A DNA stretch of 64,000 nucleotides from an uncultured delta proteobacterium (GTDB lineage Bacteria > Myxococcota > Myxococcia > Myxococcales > Myxococcaceae). The stretch covers positions 320,001 through 384,000 of the forward strand of contig CAVQKE010000001.1 in assembly GCA_963713045.1 (NCBI GenBank). The letters run 5' to 3'. Both the position numbers and the translations under genes were made by a program. This document shows, in pieces, positions 10,457 to 19,464 of the stretch (positions within the stretch are counted from its first letter, which is position 1; each line of letters opens with the position of its first letter). The notes beneath the pieces are model-generated. The model ran no database searches, was not told where the DNA came from, and was given only the letters and a program-made list of their open reading frames with translations.

Positions 10457-10939
10457 GTGAGAGTCGCCCGGACCCTGGCGCTGCTGTCCGGAATTGCCTT
10501 GGTCGCCGGCTGTGCCCATGCCGGCGCCGGGACCGAGGCGGACACCGAAGCAGCCCTGGCGGAGGGCGTCCGGGCGGCGGTTCGCCTCTACCTTCCACCG
10601 GAGGAAGCGCTGGCGGCACCCATCTGCGTCGAAGTCGCGTCCGCGTCTGACTTCGAAGTCGGCGTGGTGGCTGCACTGCGCGACAAGGGCATGTTTGCCG
10701 TCGCAATGCCCGACTGCTCCCGAACGGGAAGGGATGCGGTCCTGCTGGTGAGAGTGCTGTCCTACGACTGGGTGGACTGGTTGACGCATGGGAAGTTGGT
10801 GATGCAGGGCACCATCGAAACGCGGCCCGATGAGAGGGCCAACTTCCGCCTCTCCTGGTGGCGGGCCAATTTTCGAGCGAGTCTAGGTTTCCACGACGGG
10901 CAATGGGTCGCCGCGGCGGATGACCTCGGCCGCATTTGA
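10457..10939 (+). CDS. Hypothetical lipoprotein
   Basis: Signal peptide with lipobox VAGC from GTG 10457 (ORF open from 10412); two further Cys residues. Confidence 0.6.
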   Translation: MRVARTLALLSGIALVAGCAHAGAGTEADTEAALAEGVRAAVRLYLPPEEALAAPICVEVASASDFEVGVVAALRDKGMFAVAMPDCSRTGRDAVLLVRVLSYDWVDWLTHGKLVMQGTIETRPDERANFRLSWWRANFRASLGFHDGQWVAAADDLGRI

Positions 10940-11003
10940 GCGCCAGGGGCCTTCGGCCGAAATCGGTTAGCGTGTCGCGTGGAGAGGCAAGGAGGTTCGA
11001 CCG

Positions 11004-11786
11004 ATGGGCCGCCTGGCAGGGAAAGTCGCACTGATCACCGGCGCCAGCTCTGGTCTGGGCCGTGCCGCCGCGCTCCGCTTCGTCCGCGAAGGGGCCCGTG
11101 TTGTCCTCGGCGACATCGACGAGGTGGGCGGGGCCGAGACGCTGGCCTCTTTCCCCGACGAGCTCCGCGCCAACGGCCTCTTCCAGCGGCTGGACGTCGC
11201 CCGCGAGGAGGACTGCCAGGCGGCGGTGGACACCGCACTGCAGCGCTGGGGCCAACTCGACGTCGCTCTCGCCAACGCCGGCATCGGAGCACCCGGCCCG
11301 TTGGCCGCGCTCTCGCTGGGCGACTGGGAGCGGGTGCTGGCCGTCAACCTCACCGGCGTCTTCCTCAGCACGCGGTGCGCCTTTCGCGCCATGCAGCGGC
11401 GCGGGGGAAGCCTCCTGGTCATGTCGAGCGTCGCCGGCCTGGAGGGAACCCCCAGCCTCGGGGCCTACGGCGCTTCCAAGGCGGCGGTCCTTCAGCTGGT
11501 GAAGACGCTGGCGCTGGAGGGGGCGCGTTTCGGCATCCGAGCCAATGCCATTTGCCCGGTGTGGACCGACACTCCCCTGGTGGAAGCCTTTCTCAAACTC
11601 ATGGGACTGGGCCGCGAGGCGGGCCTGGCGCGCCTTCTCAAGGACATCCCGCTTGGGCGACTGGCGACTGCGGAGGATGTAGCCAACGCCTGTCTGTACC
11701 TGGCCTCGGACGAGGCAGCCTTCGTCACCGGCGTGACGCTGCCAGTCGACGGGGGCCATACGGCGGGGCGAACTTCGGCCGGCTAG
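11004..11786 (+). CDS. SDR family oxidoreductase
   Basis: TGASSGLG, ANAG, YGASK and VDGG motifs. Confidence 0.95.
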   Translation: MGRLAGKVALITGASSGLGRAAALRFVREGARVVLGDIDEVGGAETLASFPDELRANGLFQRLDVAREEDCQAAVDTALQRWGQLDVALANAGIGAPGPLAALSLGDWERVLAVNLTGVFLSTRCAFRAMQRRGGSLLVMSSVAGLEGTPSLGAYGASKAAVLQLVKTLALEGARFGIRANAICPVWTDTPLVEAFLKLMGLGREAGLARLLKDIPLGRLATAEDVANACLYLASDEAAFVTGVTLPVDGGHTAGRTSAG

Positions 11787-11816
11787 CCACTCGGCGTGCT
11801 ATCTCCCGTCACCTAC

Positions 11817-13538
11817 ATGCGCCGCTTGGCCCCCCTCCTCGTTCCCCTGGTGGCACTGGCGGGCTGCGCCACCACCCGCGGCATGAGTCCAGAGGAGGCC
11901 CGCTCCGCTTTCTCGAAGTTGGTGGAGGACTTCTTCGCCGAAGAGTTCACCTTCAACCCAGTTGAGGCGACCAACGCCGGCATTCACCAGTACGACGACC
12001 AACTCGAAGCGTGGACGCAGGCCCGCATTGAGGCCCGGGTGGCCGAACTCGAGGACCTGCTGAACCGCGCCACCACGCTCTGGACGGAACGCACCGCCCT
12101 CAGCCCCGACGACTTGGTGGACCTCGAGGCGCTCGACGGACGCATTCGCGCAGAGTTGCTGGATTGGAACCTGCTGCGTTTCACCGCGCGCAACCCGATG
12201 ACCTATGCGTCTCGCCCGGGCAGCGCCATCGACCCGCTGCTGAGGCGTAACTTCGCTCCTCGCAAGGAGCGGCTGAAGTCCATCGTCGCCCGCCTGGAAA
12301 AAGTCCCCGACGTCTACGCCGCCGGCCGGGGCAACGTGACGGACCCGCCCAAGGAATGGACCGAACTCGCCATTGGCCAAGCGCGTGACACCGAGGCTTA
12401 CCTCACCGACACGCTTACCGCCTGGGCCAAGGAGGCGGCAGGCAATGACCCCATTCTCTGGGCGGACTTTCAGCGCGCCAACATCAGCGCCATCGCAGCC
12501 ACTCAGGACCTCCAGTATTGGCTGTCCAAGACGGTGCTTCCCAAAAGCAACGGCAGCTGGGCGATTGGTCCCCGTGCCTACGTCACCCTGCTGAAGCACG
12601 CCGAGTTCATCACCACCTCCCTCGAGGAGCTCTTGGCACAAGGGGAGGCCCAGCTGCAGCACGACCGGCTCCTCTTCATCGAGACGGCCAAGGAGATTGA
12701 CTCGGACCGCACGCCGCAGCAGGTACTGGCCAGCCTTGGCCTCGAGCACCCCACCGCACGCCAGCTCATCCCCTACGCGCAGCAAACACTGGAGCAGGTG
12801 CGGCAGTTCGTGCTGCGCAAGGACCTTGTCAGCTTTCCCTCAGACGCCCGTCCGCTGGTGGAGGAGACGCCGCTCTTTCTGCGGATTGGCAGCGTTGCCT
12901 CGATGGACGTGCCCGGACCCTATGAGACTCGCGCCAGGCAGGCCTTTTATTACCTCACCCCGCCCGAGCTGAGTTGGGACAGCAAGCGCCTGGAAGAGCA
13001 CCTGCGACAATTCAACAGCTCGATGCTTCCCATCATCCACGTGCGCGAGGCCTACCCGGGACACTTCCTCCAATTCCTGTGGGCGCCCAAGCTTCCGACC
13101 AAGGTTCGTAAGCTGCTGGTCACCACCTCCAACGTGGAGGGCTGGGCCCACTACACCGAGGAGCTGGTCATCGAGGAGGGTTTCGCCGACGACAATCCCA
13201 AGTACCGGTTGGCTCAGCTCGAGGAGGCATTGCTCAGCGACTGCCGCTACCTGGTGGGAATCGGCCTTCACACCACCAGCATGACGTTGCAACAGGGCGC
13301 CCAGCGCTTCGTCCAGGACTGCTTTCAAAGCCCGAAAGTGGCGGAGGCCGAGGCGCGCCGGGGAACCTACGAGCCGAGCTATGGGTCGGCCACCGCCGGC
13401 AAGCTGATGATTCTCGACCTCCGCAAGGACTACCAGTCCCAGAAGGGTGGAACCCTCAAGCAGTTCCACGACGCCTTTCTGTCCCAAGGACCGCTGCCGG
13501 TCCCCCTGGTCCGGAAACTCCTGCTGCCGGCGCCCTGA
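11817..13538 (+). CDS. DUF885 family lipoprotein (zincin-like)
   Basis: Lipobox LAGC; EAYPGH, EGWAHY and FHDAFL motifs. Confidence 0.88.
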   Translation: MRRLAPLLVPLVALAGCATTRGMSPEEARSAFSKLVEDFFAEEFTFNPVEATNAGIHQYDDQLEAWTQARIEARVAELEDLLNRATTLWTERTALSPDDLVDLEALDGRIRAELLDWNLLRFTARNPMTYASRPGSAIDPLLRRNFAPRKERLKSIVARLEKVPDVYAAGRGNVTDPPKEWTELAIGQARDTEAYLTDTLTAWAKEAAGNDPILWADFQRANISAIAATQDLQYWLSKTVLPKSNGSWAIGPRAYVTLLKHAEFITTSLEELLAQGEAQLQHDRLLFIETAKEIDSDRTPQQVLASLGLEHPTARQLIPYAQQTLEQVRQFVLRKDLVSFPSDARPLVEETPLFLRIGSVASMDVPGPYETRARQAFYYLTPPELSWDSKRLEEHLRQFNSSMLPIIHVREAYPGHFLQFLWAPKLPTKVRKLLVTTSNVEGWAHYTEELVIEEGFADDNPKYRLAQLEEALLSDCRYLVGIGLHTTSMTLQQGAQRFVQDCFQSPKVAEAEARRGTYEPSYGSATAGKLMILDLRKDYQSQKGGTLKQFHDAFLSQGPLPVPLVRKLLLPAP

Positions 13539-13551
13539 ACGGAGGCACCTC

Positions 13552-13971
13552 ATGCCTGCGCCCGATTCCCCGCATTTCTCGCTGTGGTTGATTCAGGCCT
13601 TCATCTCGCTGTTTCTCTCCATCCTTTTTCTCCAGTCCGGAATGGACAAAGTGATGGACTGGCGCGGCAACCTCGGCTACTTCGCGCCGCACTTCGCCAA
13701 GAGCCCCCTGGCCGGCATCGTCCCGCTGATGCTGCTCGTCTTGACCGTCATCGAGGTCTCGGCTGGCGTCGTCAATGGCGTGGGCCTGTTGGAGTTGGTG
13801 GTGCTCGGCAAGGCGCAAATCGCCTTCTGGGGGACGGCGTTGGCTGCGCTGGCCATCACCTCAATCTTCTTCGGTCAGCGGATGGCCAAGGACTATGCTG
13901 GTGCGGCGATTCTGGTACCCTATTTCCTTCTGACCATCGTTGGCCTGTGGGTCACCAGTCGCCCCCGGTGA
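13552..13971 (+). CDS. DoxX family membrane protein
   Basis: LFLQSGMDK and FFGQRMAKDY motifs, four hydrophobic segments, GGAGG RBS. Confidence 0.85.
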   Translation: MPAPDSPHFSLWLIQAFISLFLSILFLQSGMDKVMDWRGNLGYFAPHFAKSPLAGIVPLMLLVLTVIEVSAGVVNGVGLLELVVLGKAQIAFWGTALAALAITSIFFGQRMAKDYAGAAILVPYFLLTIVGLWVTSRPR

Positions 13972-14363
13972 GCCTGCCCTCCGCGCTCACCTTGAAGCTG
14001 CTGCCCGAGACACTCGCGGTGTGCCGCCTCGACGCCGACGCGCCGTTGCCCAAGTGGGCCGTGGGCGCCCTGACGTCGTTGACGCGGACGCCGGATGAGC
14101 TCTCGGTGGTGTGCGCCGAGCGGGCCGTTCCGCAGGGTGTGCGCGCCGAGGGCGGCTTTCGGTGCTTGGCGGTGGTGGGCCCGCTCAGCTTCGCGATGAC
14201 CGGTGTCATCGCCTCGCTCTCCACTCCGCTTGGGGACGCCGGCGTCGGCCTCTTGGTGTTGTCCACCTTCGACACCGACCTGCTTCTTGTCCGTGAAGAC
14301 CACCTCCCTCGGGCGGCGGCCGCCTTGCGCGCGGTGGGCCATTCCCTCGTCGGGTTGTCCTGA
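13968..14363 (+). CDS. ACT-domain protein (CASTOR/ACT_7-like)
   Basis: TRTPDELSVV, GPLSFAMTGVIA and STFDTDLLLV motifs; GTGA overlap. Confidence 0.88.
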   Translation: MSLPSALTLKLLPETLAVCRLDADAPLPKWAVGALTSLTRTPDELSVVCAERAVPQGVRAEGGFRCLAVVGPLSFAMTGVIASLSTPLGDAGVGLLVLSTFDTDLLLVREDHLPRAAAALRAVGHSLVGLS

Positions 14364-14364
14364 G

Positions 14365-15765
14365 ATGGCACTCCAGCTGCTGCTGTGGTCCCTGGTTCTC
14401 TCCTCGCCGGGCGCGGGAAGCGTCCGGACGCTGCGCGTCGATTTCTTCCACACCGGCGACGCCACCCGGGAACTCTTCAGCCTCGAGCGCTTGGTGATTG
14501 AGCCGACACCCTGGCCGGGAAACCCACTCCGCCCACTCGACGACACCGGCCTGGGGAATTACTTCTTTGAGGTGCGCGATGTGGCCACTGGCGCACTGCT
14601 GTACTCGCGCGGTTACTCCAGCATTTATGGCGAATGGGAAGACACCGCAGCGGCGAAGCAGCAGGTGCGGACGTTCGCCGAGTCTCTCCGCTTCCCACTT
14701 CCGACAAACAAGGTCGAGGTGACAGTCAAAAAGCGGACCGACTCCAAGCCCTTCGTCCAGGTTTGGACTTTCAGCGTCGATCCCCATTCGAAGGAGATTG
14801 ATGCGACGCCGCCGCCCTCCCCCGGGCCCTTGATGCGCCTTCTGGTGAATGGGCCGCCCTCGACCAAAGTGGACTTACTGATGCTGTGCGACGGCTACAC
14901 GTCCGCAGAGCGGGTGGACTTCGAGCGCGACGCGCGTCGGTTGATGGCCGTGCTGTTCACCACCTCACCGTTTAAAGAGCGGCGAAGTGACTTCAACGTC
15001 TGGGGCCTCTGTGCGCCTTCGGCCGTCTCCGGCATCTCCCGTCCGTCGACCGGTGTTCACCGCCGCTCGCGGGTGGGGGCCACCTATGACGCCTTCGGGA
15101 GCGAACGGTACATCCTCACCTTCGACAACCATTCCTTCCGCGAAGTCGCTGCCTTTGCTCCGTACGACTTCGTCGAGATTCTCGTCAACTCTCACACCTA
15201 CGGCGGAGGCGGCATTTTTGGCCTCTACGCAACGGCGGCGGCCAAGAGCCGGTGGGCTCCGTACCTCTTCGTGCACGAGTTTGGCCACCACTTCGCCGGA
15301 TTGGCCGACGAGTACTTCACCAGCCAAAGCACCTTGCTGCCGCAGCAGGGGCGCCCTGAACCGTGGGAGCCCAACGTCACCGCCGAGAGCGAATTGGCCA
15401 AACTCAAATGGAGAGCGCTGGTCACACCCGACACGCCCATCCCCACGCCCTGGAAAAAGCAGCAGTTCGAGGCACGCGACCGCGAGCTACAGGCCATTCG
15501 CAAAAAGATTCGCGCCGAGGAGCGGCCGGAGACGGAGATGGATGCGCTGTTCCAACAGTCCAAGGAAGAATTCAGCGCGCTTCTCGACCACGACACCTAC
15601 AGCCACCGGGTCGGCGCCTTCGAGGGGGCGATGTACGAGTCCACCGGCTACTATCGACCCGAAGAGGACTGCATCATGTTCCTCCGCAACGACGTACCCT
15701 TCTGCCGGGTGTGTCAAAACGCCATCTCCCGGGTCATCGACCTCTACAGTGGGGGCCCGCACTAG
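14365..15765 (+). CDS. Secreted M64 (IgA peptidase-like) metallopeptidase
   Basis: Signal peptide, DGYT, YGGGG, HEFGH..AGLADEY and C-terminal CIM...FCRVC. Confidence 0.9.
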   Translation: MALQLLLWSLVLSSPGAGSVRTLRVDFFHTGDATRELFSLERLVIEPTPWPGNPLRPLDDTGLGNYFFEVRDVATGALLYSRGYSSIYGEWEDTAAAKQQVRTFAESLRFPLPTNKVEVTVKKRTDSKPFVQVWTFSVDPHSKEIDATPPPSPGPLMRLLVNGPPSTKVDLLMLCDGYTSAERVDFERDARRLMAVLFTTSPFKERRSDFNVWGLCAPSAVSGISRPSTGVHRRSRVGATYDAFGSERYILTFDNHSFREVAAFAPYDFVEILVNSHTYGGGGIFGLYATAAAKSRWAPYLFVHEFGHHFAGLADEYFTSQSTLLPQQGRPEPWEPNVTAESELAKLKWRALVTPDTPIPTPWKKQQFEARDRELQAIRKKIRAEERPETEMDALFQQSKEEFSALLDHDTYSHRVGAFEGAMYESTGYYRPEEDCIMFLRNDVPFCRVCQNAISRVIDLYSGGPH

Positions 15766-15779
15766 CGGCGCGCACCAGA

Positions 15780-16169
15780 GTGCTCTTCACCCGCTACCTT
15801 CTCGTCGCGCTCGGTGGCGCCCTAGGCTCGGCCGGCCGCTACTGGGTGGGCGGTTGGGCCCCGCGCATGCTCGGCCCGGCTTTCCCGTACGGAACGCTGC
15901 TGGTCAACCTGCTCGGCTCGTTCTTCATCTCGCTGGTGATGGGGGTGGCCCTCCAGACCACCTCCATCCCGGTGAACCTACGACTCTTTCTCACCACCGG
16001 CTTTCTGGGGGGCTTCACCACCTATTCAACCTTCAACTACGAGACGCTGGTGCTGCTGCAGCAGAAGCTGTGGCTGGCCGCGGGGTTCAACGTCGCCGAG
16101 ACCCTCCTCGGCTGCCTCATCGCCGGGCTTCTGGGCTTGTGGGTCGCCCGGCTGGTGACGGGAACGTAG
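15780..16169 (+). CDS. crcB: Fluoride efflux channel Fluc/CrcB
   Basis: GGALGSAGRY, PYGTLLVN and TGFLGGFTTYSTF motifs. Confidence 0.95.
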   Translation: MLFTRYLLVALGGALGSAGRYWVGGWAPRMLGPAFPYGTLLVNLLGSFFISLVMGVALQTTSIPVNLRLFLTTGFLGGFTTYSTFNYETLVLLQQKLWLAAGFNVAETLLGCLIAGLLGLWVARLVTGT

Positions 16170-16275
16170 GCAAACTCCCGATTGGCCTTCCCCGCGCTTA
16201 GGCTACGTCTTAGAGAGGACGACCTCTTGACTGGGAGTGCGGGCGGGCTGGCACGCCCTGGTGTCCGGAGACCGT

Positions 16276-16662
16276 ATGCCTGACGCTGAGTCCATTCGTG
16301 CCGTGCTGTCTGCGCTGACCGCTGCCTGGCGGTCTGGCCGGACGGTGGACGTCGGGGTGCTGTTGCACCCGTCGGTCGTCTTCGTCCGCCCCGGCTTCAC
16401 CGAACGTGCGGAGGGCCGTGCCGCCTGCGTCGCCACCTACGAGGAGTTTCTCTCCGCCGCGCTGGTGCTGCGGTACGAGGAGACGGAACCGTCCGTCGAC
16501 GTCTTCGGCGACACGGCCGTGGCCTCCTTCCACTGGGAGATGGACTGGGAAATGGGCGGCCAGCGGTCCGAGGAGGCTGGGCACGACCTCTACGTGCTGG
16601 TGCGAACCGAGGGACGCTGGCTCATCGCCTGGCGAACACTGCTGCCAGCAGCGTCGGCGTGA
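16276..16662 (+). CDS. NTF2/SnoaL-like (DUF4440) protein
   Basis: About 128 aa; VDVFGDTAV and C-terminal GRWLIAWR pattern; GGAG RBS. Confidence 0.8.
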   Translation: MPDAESIRAVLSALTAAWRSGRTVDVGVLLHPSVVFVRPGFTERAEGRAACVATYEEFLSAALVLRYEETEPSVDVFGDTAVASFHWEMDWEMGGQRSEEAGHDLYVLVRTEGRWLIAWRTLLPAASA

Positions 16663-16667
16663 AGGCG

Positions 16668-18239
16668 CTAAAGCAGCGCCGCCTCAGCCAGCGTGCGGTA
16701 AGCAGCCACCTGGCTGTTCTGCCAAGCCTCATCCCGCCCCAGCTCGCGCGCCAACAGCTGCGCCACCAGCGGCGCGCATTCCGCCGAAGCGCGTGCGTCC
16801 AAGAGAAGGGCGCGCGTGCGGCGGGCGAGGACGTCGTCCACCGTCCGGGCCATCTCGTGCCGGGCTCCCCAGACCACCTCAGCCCGGAGATAGGGGAGCC
16901 GCGGGTGCAGTAAGCCGGCGAGCTCCGGTTGACGCGTCGCCAGCGCCCGCAGTGCCAAGGCTTCGGTTCCATAGCTGGCCAGCGGCCCGGCGGGGACGCC
17001 AACCGCGGAGAGGGTCGCCTCTTCGGGGGCGCCATGCAGCCGCAGCTCAGCAGTCCGCGACGGGACCGCCGGCAGTCCCGCCACCTCCGCGGCTCGCTTG
17101 ATGACGTCCTCGGCCATCTTTCGGTAGGTGGTCCACTTCCCGCCGACAATCGTCACCAAGCCGCTGGGCGAGGTGAAGACATGGTGGTCGCGTGACAGAT
17201 TGGCCGTGCCCTCGCCCTCTTCATCCGGCGGCCGCACGAGCGGGCGCAGTCCGGCGTACACCGACAGCACGTCGGCCGGCCCCGGGTCCTTCACCAAGTA
17301 CCGCGCGGCATGGTCGAGGAGAAACGCCACTTCCTCCGCCAACGGCTTGGGCTCCTCGACCGCCTCCTTCACTGGCGTGTCCGTCGTCCCGACCACCGTC
17401 CGGCCGTGCCAGGGTAGAACGAAGAGAACCCGTCCATCGTCCGTTCTCGGCACCACCAAGGCATGGGTGCCAGGCAGAAAGGAGTTGGGCAACACCAGAT
17501 GGATGCCCTGAGAAGGAGAAACGGTGGGCCTGGCGTCAGGATTGTCCAGGCGGCGAATGCGGTCGGCGAAGACGCCGGTGGCGTTGACCACCACCGAGGC
17601 GCGGATGGTGTGCGCACGCTTGGACTCGGCGTCGAGGACCTGCACCCCTTCCAGCCGCCCGGCGCGTTTGAGGAGACCAGTCACCGGGGCCTGATTCAAG
17701 AGGGTCGCGCCGAGGTCGCTCGCGGTGAGGGCCAGCGTCACCGCCAGCCGGGCGTCGTCGAATTGGCCATCCACGTAAAGGATGCCGCCCTTGAGTTGTT
17801 CCGGCTCCAGGGTGGGGAGCGCCGCCAGGACGGCTTCCTTGTCGAGGGAGCGGCTGCTGCCCAGCCGAAAGCGCCCGGCGAGCAAGTCATAGAGCTTGAG
17901 CCCCACCCCGTAGTACGGCCCCGACCACCAGGCATAGGCCGGGACGATGAAGGCCAGGTCCCCCACCAGGTGGGGCGCGTTGCGCCGGAGGCGGCCGCGT
18001 TCGCGCAGCGCCTCGCGGACCAGGCCGACGTTGCCCTGCGCCAGGTACCGGACCCCTCCATGAACCAGCTTGGTGGAGCGGCTTGAGGTTCCTTTGGCGA
18101 AGTCGTGCGCCTCGACGAGAACCGTGCGGTAGCCTCGCGCAGCACTTTCCACCGCCGCCCCGAGGCCGGTCGCGCCTCCGCCGATGATTGCGACATCAAA
18201 GCGTTCGTTTAACCGGTCAAGATTCTGGGCACGGTCCAT
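16668..18239 (-). CDS. glpD: FAD-dependent glycerol-3-phosphate dehydrogenase
   Basis: IIGGGATG, GTSSRSTKLVHGGVRYL, AGLRPL and GGKWTTYR motifs; start set at MDRAQ. Confidence 0.95.
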   Translation of the reverse strand: MDRAQNLDRLNERFDVAIIGGGATGLGAAVESAARGYRTVLVEAHDFAKGTSSRSTKLVHGGVRYLAQGNVGLVREALRERGRLRRNAPHLVGDLAFIVPAYAWWSGPYYGVGLKLYDLLAGRFRLGSSRSLDKEAVLAALPTLEPEQLKGGILYVDGQFDDARLAVTLALTASDLGATLLNQAPVTGLLKRAGRLEGVQVLDAESKRAHTIRASVVVNATGVFADRIRRLDNPDARPTVSPSQGIHLVLPNSFLPGTHALVVPRTDDGRVLFVLPWHGRTVVGTTDTPVKEAVEEPKPLAEEVAFLLDHAARYLVKDPGPADVLSVYAGLRPLVRPPDEEGEGTANLSRDHHVFTSPSGLVTIVGGKWTTYRKMAEDVIKRAAEVAGLPAVPSRTAELRLHGAPEEATLSAVGVPAGPLASYGTEALALRALATRQPELAGLLHPRLPYLRAEVVWGARHEMARTVDDVLARRTRALLLDARASAECAPLVAQLLARELGRDEAWQNSQVAAYRTLAEAALL

Positions 18240-18305
18240 CGGCGCGCCCGGCACTCTACCCTCTTCCCTAACGCCCTCGAGCTGTCGCAAAGTACAAACG
18301 TCACC

Positions 18306-18623
18306 ATGGACATCCCCCCGGCTCCTCCCTTTCGCCTTCCTTCGGACCGCACCCGCGTCACCCACGAGCCGGATGAGCTTGGAAAGTGGACTCCCCTTTT
18401 CCCGGACGTGATGGGACCTCATCAATTCGGTGGTGGAGACGTCCCCAAGGACTTCGACTGGCCCTCCAACCCCAAGGAATGGCAAGAGGAGTTGAGCAAC
18501 AGCGAGCTGCGCCGCGAGGCCGAGGCCCATGGCGCGCTCGGCCCCCCCGGCGAGTTGCCGACGCTCGCCCCGGCATCCGTTCTGCAAGCGCTGCCTGCTG
18601 GCCTGCCCAGCGGGGACCTCTAA
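18306..18623 (+). CDS. Small Pro-rich acidic hypothetical protein
   Basis: 105-aa ATG ORF filling the gap between glpD and the TSUP gene; plausible codon usage; no family recognised. Confidence 0.5.
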   Translation: MDIPPAPPFRLPSDRTRVTHEPDELGKWTPLFPDVMGPHQFGGGDVPKDFDWPSNPKEWQEELSNSELRREAEAHGALGPPGELPTLAPASVLQALPAGLPSGDL

Positions 18624-18661
18624 GGTTCCGCACGCGTCGACTGCACCAACTCAAGGCCCTG

Positions 18662-19447
18662 TTAGCGCACCAGCGTCGCCACCCCAGTGACCAGGCCGAT
18701 GACGACCACCACCCAGCGGACCGGTCTCTGGCCGATGCGCTGGGCCAGTCGCGCTCCGGCCCAACCTCCGAAAATGGCACCGACCGCCATCAGCGCGGCG
18801 AGCCGCCAGAAGACCAGTCCCGCGGCGATGAACGTCAACGCGGCCGTCAGGTTGATGAAGGCGGCACCAAAATTCTTCAGGGCGTTCATCTGGTGAATGT
18901 TGGTGAGCCCGGCAAGTCCGAGCTCGGCCAACATGAGGATGCCCATTCCAGCTCCAAAAAAGCCGCCGTACACCGACACCAGGAAGTGGACTGCCGCGAC
19001 GCCCCAGATGCTGCGTCCGGCAAGGGCGGCAGGGGCGTGGCCCTCCGCTGCCCGGCGCTCGCGCCATAGCCGCAGTGGCTCCTGGAGGATGAACAGAACG
19101 GTCGAGCCGATGATGAGGCCCGGCACCAGGCGACGAAACAGTGCGTCACCAGCCACCGCCACCAGGGCAGCACCCACGCCACCCCCGAGGACACTGGCGA
19201 CGATGAGAAACGTCACCAAGCGTGCGCTGTGCTCCCCCAACTCGCGCCGGAAGGTCAGCCCCGAGGTGAACGAGCCTGGTACCAGCGCGACGGCGTTGGT
19301 GGCGTTGGCCATCACTGGGGAAACTCCGGCCGCCAGCAGCGAGGGAAAGGTGAGAAGCGTTCCCCCGCCGGCGATGGCGTTCATCACCCCGGCGCCCACC
19401 GCCGAGGCAAAGAGCAAACTCAGGCCCAAAAAGGAGAGATGCTCCAA
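18662..19447 (-). CDS. TSUP (TauE/SafE) family transporter
   Basis: NAIAGGGTLLTFP, ANATN and YGGFFGAGMG motifs. Confidence 0.93.
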   Translation of the reverse strand: MEHLSFLGLSLLFASAVGAGVMNAIAGGGTLLTFPSLLAAGVSPVMANATNAVALVPGSFTSGLTFRRELGEHSARLVTFLIVASVLGGGVGAALVAVAGDALFRRLVPGLIIGSTVLFILQEPLRLWRERRAAEGHAPAALAGRSIWGVAAVHFLVSVYGGFFGAGMGILMLAELGLAGLTNIHQMNALKNFGAAFINLTAALTFIAAGLVFWRLAALMAVGAIFGGWAGARLAQRIGQRPVRWVVVVIGLVTGVATLVR

Positions 19448-19464
19448 GAACGGTCTGCCGCCGG

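Noticed and set aside
15766..15779. Fluoride riboswitch before crcB
   Set aside because: The gap is only 14 nt and no motif is visible.
18240..18587. N-terminal extension of the glpD ORF to 639 aa
   Set aside because: GlpD homology starts at MDRAQ (18239), and the extension overlaps a plausible divergent ORF.
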